From the human T2T-CHM13v2.0 reference genome, Homo sapiens, in the NCBI RefSeq assembly GCF_009914755.1, contig NC_060931.1: DNA of 64,000 nt; one strand, 5' to 3'. Shown piece after piece: positions 57,109 to 64,000 of this stretch. Below the pieces are notes generated by a model, which searched no databases, had not been told where the DNA came from, and was given only the letters and a program-made list of their open reading frames with translations. Every line of letters begins with the position of its first letter. Position 1 is the first letter of the stretch. A program made the translations under genes and the position numbers.

Positions 57109-60100
57109 TTCTTTTTTTTCTTTTTTTTTTTTTCCAGAGAAACTATTAAAATCTATTAGAACCCTAGTGTTCCAGAGACTGTAATTTAGGACACTTGAGT
57201 GCTATAAAGGGCCATGGAATATTATTCAGTGGGCATGGTATTTAGTTTCAGTTGTAATAAAAAAAAATGGTTTTGAAAAGTTTATTGAATCATTTGACCT
57301 CTTTAGGATTTATTTTCAACATCCGTACAATAAATTCATCATATTAGGTGATTCCTAGAGTTCTTTTAAACTTGAATATACTTGAGATACTATTTTCTTA
57401 GCCATCATACAAGGTACTCTATCAGAGCATTAATAAATTTACAATAGGTTGAGGTAGAGCAAAATGGTGGAACAGACTCCACCAATCATTTCTCCCACAA
57501 GGATACCAATTCAACAACTATTTACACTACAAAAGCACCTTAATAAGAACCAAAAATCAGGTGAGCACCACAGTACCTGGTTTTAACTTCATATCTCTGG
57601 AAGAGGCACTGAAGAGGAAAAAAAAAGCCATAAATCACTGACAGCACCCTTCCCTGGCAGTGGGTGGCATGCTGCAGAGTGAGTTCTGTGCACTAGGCAG
57701 AGGACTGGCTCAGTGCTGCCCTATTATAGCAAAAAAACAAAACCGGACCAAAGTCAGGTGACTCCCACCCATTGAGGGAACATTTAAGCCAGCCATAGTC
57801 AGAGGATAATCCCAATCTCAACATTCAAATTTGAGATCTCACAAGGGCTAAAGTGCTTTGCAGCCCTAAATAATTTTGAAAGGAAATCTAGGCCACAAGG
57901 ACTGTAAAACCTGGGTGAATCCTAGTGCAGATGTAGGCCCAGAGCCAGAAGACGGGGGAACATGAGACCTATTGAGACACCAGCAAGGGCAGCTACAGGA
58001 GTGCTGGCATCACCCTTCCCCTAACCCCAGGCTGCACAGCTCATGACTCCAAAAAAGACGCCTCTCTTCTGATTGAGGAGAGGAGAAAAAAGACTGTGGA
58101 GGACTTTGTTGTGCCTGTTGGACACCAGCTCTGTCACAGCAGAATAGGTCAATGGTCAGAGATGTAAGGCCCCTTTTCTAGGCTCTAGCTTCTGGATGAC
58201 ATTTCTAGACACTCACTAGGACAGAAAGGAAACTGCTGCCTTGAAGGGTGGGACCCAGTCCTGGCAGGATTCATTACCTGCTAAACTGAAGAGACTTTGG
58301 GCCCTGAATAACCAGCGCTGATACCCAGGTACTACATCAAGGGCCTTGGGTAAGACTCTGAGATTTGCTGGCTTCAGGTGAGACTCAGTGCATTACCAGC
58401 TGTGGTGGCTAGAGGGTGAGACTCCTGCTTTGAAAAAGCAGAGGGAAAAGTAAAGGGGACTTTGCCTTGGACCTTAGGTACCAGCTTGGTCGCAGAAGTG
58501 GAGAGCACCAAGCAGGCTCTGGGGGCCTCAGTTTTGGGACTTGACTCTCAAATGGCATTTCTGGACTTGCCCTGGCTCAGAGGGGAGCCCGCTGCCCTGA
58601 AGGGTGAATCCTAGCCAGGCAGCATTCACCACAAACTTACTGAAGAGCCCTTGGGGCTTAGGGGTACACTGGCTATAGTCTGGCCATACTTTCCATGGGC
58701 CTGTGATGGTAGTGGCCATTGGATGAGGCTCCTCTGGCTTTGGAAAGGTAAAGGAAGAGTGAGAAGGACTGTGTCTTGTGGTTCAAATGCCAGCTCAGCT
58801 GCAGTACAATAGAACACCAGATAGACTTCTAAGGATTTTTACTCTAGTCCCGGGCTCCCAGACGGCACCTTTGGACCCATTTGGGGTCTGGGGCAAATCA
58901 CCACCCTGAAAGAAAAAACACAAGTCTGACTGACTTTGCCACCTGGTGTTTTTAGAGGGCCAGGCCTTGAGAGAACACAGGTGGTAGCTAGGGATTGGTT
59001 ACAGCAGGCCTTGGACGAGACCCTGTGCAGTACTGACTTTAGGTCTGATCTAGCACAGTCATAACGATGATAGCCATGGGGTGCCTGAGCCACTCCACCC
59101 CTAGTTTCAGGTGGCTCAGAATAGAGACAGAGACTCCATTTGTTTGGGAGAAAGTAAGAGAAGAGAACAAGTGTTTTCCTGGTAATCCAGAGAATTCTTC
59201 TGGACCTTGTCCAAGATAATCAAGGTGGTACTTCTGTAAGTCTGCAAAAAGCACAGTATTACTAAGTTTGGGGTACTCCTAAAGTAGATTCAGCTTAGAT
59301 CACAACACCCAAAGTCTTTTGAATATTTGGAAAACCTTCCCAAGAAGAAAGGGTACAAACAGCCCAGAGTGAGAAAACTACAATAAATACCTAATATTTA
59401 ATGCCCAGACACAGGCAAACATCTTCATGTATCAAGAGGATCCAGGAAAACATGACCTCACCAAATAAACTAAATAAGGCACAAGGGACCAGTGCTAGAG
59501 AAACAGAGGTATATGATTTTTTGGATAAAGTATTCAAAATAGTTGTTTTCAGGAAACTCAATAAAATTCAAGATAACACGGTGAATGAATTCAGAATTTT
59601 ATTAGATATATTTAATAAAGAGATTGAAGTAATTAAGAATCAAGAATAAATTCTGGAGCCAAAAAATGTGATTGGCATAATGAAGAATGCATTAGAATCC
59701 TTTAACAGCAGAACTGATCAAGCAGAAGAAAGAATTAGTGAGCTTGAAGACAGGCTATTTGAAAAGATACACTCAGAAGAGACAATTGAAAAATGAGTAA
59801 AAAGACTACCGCCTAAGTACTCTCAAAACCTAGCACTCTAAAATCAACCTACAGGATCTAGAAAATAGCCTCAAAGAGGCACATATAAAAGTTATTGGCC
59901 TTAAAGAGGAGGTAGAGGAAGAGATAGCAGCAGAAAGTTTATTCAAAGGGATAATAACAGAACTTCCCAAACCTAGAGAAATACATAAATATCCAAGTAC
60001 AAGAAGGTTATAGAACACAGGGCAGATTTAACCCAAAGAAGACTCTACCTCAAGGCATTTAATAATCAAACTTCCAAAGGTCAAGGATAAAGAAAATATT

Positions 60101-60256
60101 CTAAAAACAGCAAGAAAAAAGAAACAAGTATGATATAATAGAACTCCCATAGGTCTGGCAGCAGACTTTTCAGTGGAAAACTTACAGACCAGGAGAGAGT
60201 GGCATGACACATTTAAAGTGCTGAAGGAAAAAAAAAACTTTTACCCTAGAATAGTA

Positions 60257-60354
60257 TTAGATTGTTGCAATAGTTAGTGTGATTTAAGGTTTGTGTAAAA
60301 TTTATTGCATTAAAAGGAATGGCAAAAACTGCAATAACTTTTGCACCAACATAA
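60257..60354. mobile_element. Rearranged MADE1 MITE in L1 ORF1
   Basis: Right TIR AATGGCAAAAACTGCAATAACTTTTGCACCAACATAA is clear; TA on both sides. Confidence 0.82.
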
Positions 60355-62212
60355 TAGATCTGATGAAATTATCCTTCAAACATGAAGGAGAAATAGACTT
60401 TTCCAGACAAACAAAAGCCGAGGGATTTTATCAAAACCAGACATTTTCTGCAAAAATTTCCAGAGAGAGTTCTTCAATCAGAAAGAAGAGAATGTTAATG
60501 AGCAATAAGTAATTACCTGAAGCTACAAAACTCACTGGTAATAGTAAGTACACAGAAAAACATGGAATATTATAACACTGGGATTAAGGTGTATAAACTA
60601 CTCTTATCCTAAGACTAAATGATACATCATTCAAAAATAAAAACTTCACCAATTTTTGAAGACATCAACAATATAATAAGATATAAAAAAATAAAAAAGT
60701 GAGAGGGTGAAAGTAATATGGGGAGTTTTTATTACTTTAATTTTTGCTTGTTTCTTTATGAAAAAGAGTTAAGTTATCAGCTTAAAATTATGGGTCATAT
60801 GATAATATTTGCTAACCTCATGGTAACCTCAAACCAAAACCTACCAGAGATACACAAAAAATTAAAAGGAAGAAACTAAATCATATCACCAGAGAAAATC
60901 ACCTTCACAAAATAAAGAGGACAAGAAGGAAAAGAAGAGGGAACAGAGGACCACAAAACAACCAAAAAAACAACAAAATGGAAGGAGCCAAGTCCTCAGT
61001 TATCAATAACAACATTGAATGTATGGATTAATCTCTCTAATCAGAAGACATAGAATGTTTGAATGGACAAGAAAATAAGAACCAATGATCTGTTGCCTCC
61101 AAGAGACACACTTTACCTATGAAGGCACACAGAGACTGAAAATCAAGGGATGAAAAAATGTATATTTCATGCCAATGGAAACCAAAAAGGAATGCAAGTA
61201 ACTATACTTAAATTAGACAAAATAGATTTCAAGGCAAAAACTATAAGAGGAGACAAAGTAGGTTACTATATAATGACAAAGGGGTAAATTTAGCAAGATG
61301 ATATGATTTTTTTAAACATAGGTGCACCTAACACTGGAGCAGCCAGATATATAAAGTAAATATTATTAGAGCTAAAGAGAGAGATAGGCCTCAATAGGTA
61401 GAGAATTCAACACCCCACTTTTAGCATTGGACAGATCTTCCAGACACAAAATCAACAAAGGAACATTGGATTTAACCTGCACTATAGACCAAATGGATGT
61501 AATAGATATTTACAGAACATTTCATCCAAGAGCTACAGAATACACATTTTTTTCTTCTCAGCACATAGATTATTCTCAAGGATATACCATATGTTAGGCC
61601 ACAAAAGAAGTCTAAAACATTCAAAAGCAAATTGAAATAATATCAAGCATCTTCTCTGATGACAATGTAATAAAACTAGAAATTAATAACAAAAGGAATT
61701 CTGGACATTATGCAAATACATGGAAATTTAACAGTATGACCAAACTGACCAAAGTAGGTCAATAAAGAAATTAAAAAGAAAATTTAAAAAAAGCTTCTTG
61801 AAACAAATGACAGTGCAAACACAACATACTGAAACCTATGGGATACAGCAAAAGCGGTACTAAGAAGAAAGTGTATTGTCATTAGTTCCTACATAAAAAA
61901 ATAAAAAAAAAACTTCAAATAAGCAACCTAATGTTGCATCTTAAAGAGCTAGAAAAGCAAGAGCAAATCAAACCAAAATTAGTAGAATAAAATAAATAAC
62001 AAAGATTAGAGCAGAAATAAATGAAATTACAATGAAGAAAATAATACAAAAATGGATGAAAGAAAAAGTTGTTTTTTTGAGAAGTTAAACCAAAGTGACA
62101 AAACTTTAGCCAGAATAACTAAGAAAAAATGAGAGAAGGTCCAAATAAATAAAATCACAGATGATAAAGGAGACCTTACAACTGATAAGTGTAGAAATTG
62201 AAAGGATCATTA

Positions 62213-62668
<456 letters not shown>

Positions 62669-62672
62669 TCTT

Positions 62673-62953
62673 GGCCGGGCATGGTGGCTCACACCTGTAA
62701 TCCCAGCACTTTGGAACTCCAAGGCAGGTGGATCATGAGGTCAGAAGATCAAGACCATACTGACCAACATGGTGAAACCCCATCTCTACTAAAAATACAA
62801 AAATTAGCTGTGTGTGGTGGTGCATGCCTGTAATCCCAGCTACTCAGGATGCTGAGGCAGGAGAATCACTTGAACCAGGGAGTCAGAGGTTGCAGTGAGC
62901 CAAGATCATGCCACTGCACTCCAGCCTGGGCAACAGAGCAAGACTCCGTCTCA

Positions 62954-62984
<31 letters not shown>
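62673..62984 (+). mobile_element. Alu (AluSc-like) with (AAAAC)n tail
   Basis: Full dimer immediately downstream of the AluY-like copy. Confidence 0.93.
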
Positions 62985-64000
62985 TCCTCTTAGTCATGAA
63001 AAGCCAAGCACTTGATGGCTTCACAGCTGAAGTCTGTGAAACATTTTAGGAAGAAGTAATACCAATTTTACTTAAACTATTCCAAAAAGCAGAGGAGTAT
63101 GGAGTACTTTCATACTCCTTCTACAAGGCCAGTAATACCCTGATATCAAAACCAGATGAAGACACATTCAAAAAAGGAAATTATAGGCCAGTATCTCTGA
63201 TGAATATTGATGCAAAAATCCTCAACAAATACTAGCAAACTGAATATGGCAATACATTAAAAAGATCATTCATCATGACCAAGTGTGATTTATTCATGGA
63301 ATGCAAGGATGGTTCAACATATGCACATCAAACAATGTGATATATCATATGAGCAGAATGAAGGACAAAGCCCATTTGATCATTTCAATTGATTCTGAAA
63401 AGTATTTGATAAAAATCAATATTCCCCTATAATAAGAAGCCGACAACAACATTATAGAAGGAACATATCTCCTCAACATAATAAAAGTCATATATGACAG
63501 ACCACAGCTAGGATCATACTAAATGGCAAAAAACTGAAAATCTTTCCACTAAGTTCTGGAACATGACAAGGGTTCCCACATTCACTACTGTTATTCAACA
63601 TAGCACTGGAAGCCCTAGCTAGAGCAGTCAGGCAAGAGAAAGAAATAAAATGTATCCAAATTGGAAAGACAGAAGTAAAAATATTCTTGTTTGTAGATGA
63701 TATGATCTTATATTTACAAAAGCCTAAAAGCTTCACACATAAAACCCTTTTAGAACTGATAAACTAATTCAGTAAAGTTGCAGGATATAATATCAACATA
63801 TGAAAAGCAGTAGCATTTCTTTATGCTACAGCAGACAGTCTGAAAAAGAAATAACAATGTAATCCCATTTAAAATAGCCACAAATAAAAGTAAATACCTA
63901 AGAATTACTAAGAATTAAATACCAAAAATGCAAAGGTCTCTATAATAAAAACTATCAAACAATAATAAAAGAAATTGAAGAGGACATCAAAAAAAATGAA

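Overview
Repeat-dense, AT-rich primate (human-like) genomic DNA, intergenic or deep-intronic. I find no intact protein-coding gene, RNA gene or CRISPR array. The ORF track mostly reflects LINE-1 ORF1/ORF2 debris, Alu reading frames and the THE1 MaLR internal ORF. Contents: a THE1A-type provirus, at least ten L1 copies of different ages (three retaining a 5' UTR), about 15 Alu/Alu-monomer copies, several MaLR/ERV LTRs, MIR/L2 relics, a MER58 and two MADE1 mariner MITEs. The most notable item is missed by the ORF track: a ~1.6 kb processed pseudogene of the mitochondrial LYR-motif gene LYRM9 (35202-36822). It is frameshifted, sits at a TT/AAAA L1-endonuclease site inside an L1MC element, and carries MIR and L2 relics in its putative 3' UTR. 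Other observations are local templated insertions and duplications, including a perfect 48-bp copy 1.76 kb from its likely donor, an in-frame internal deletion of L1 ORF2, a near-perfect SETMAR site and a candidate AP-1/ARE/GAS enhancer cluster. I cannot support a wholly new biological system here. Repeat subfamily names come from recalled consensus sequences and need RepeatMasker/Dfam confirmation; boundaries of old repeats are approximate.
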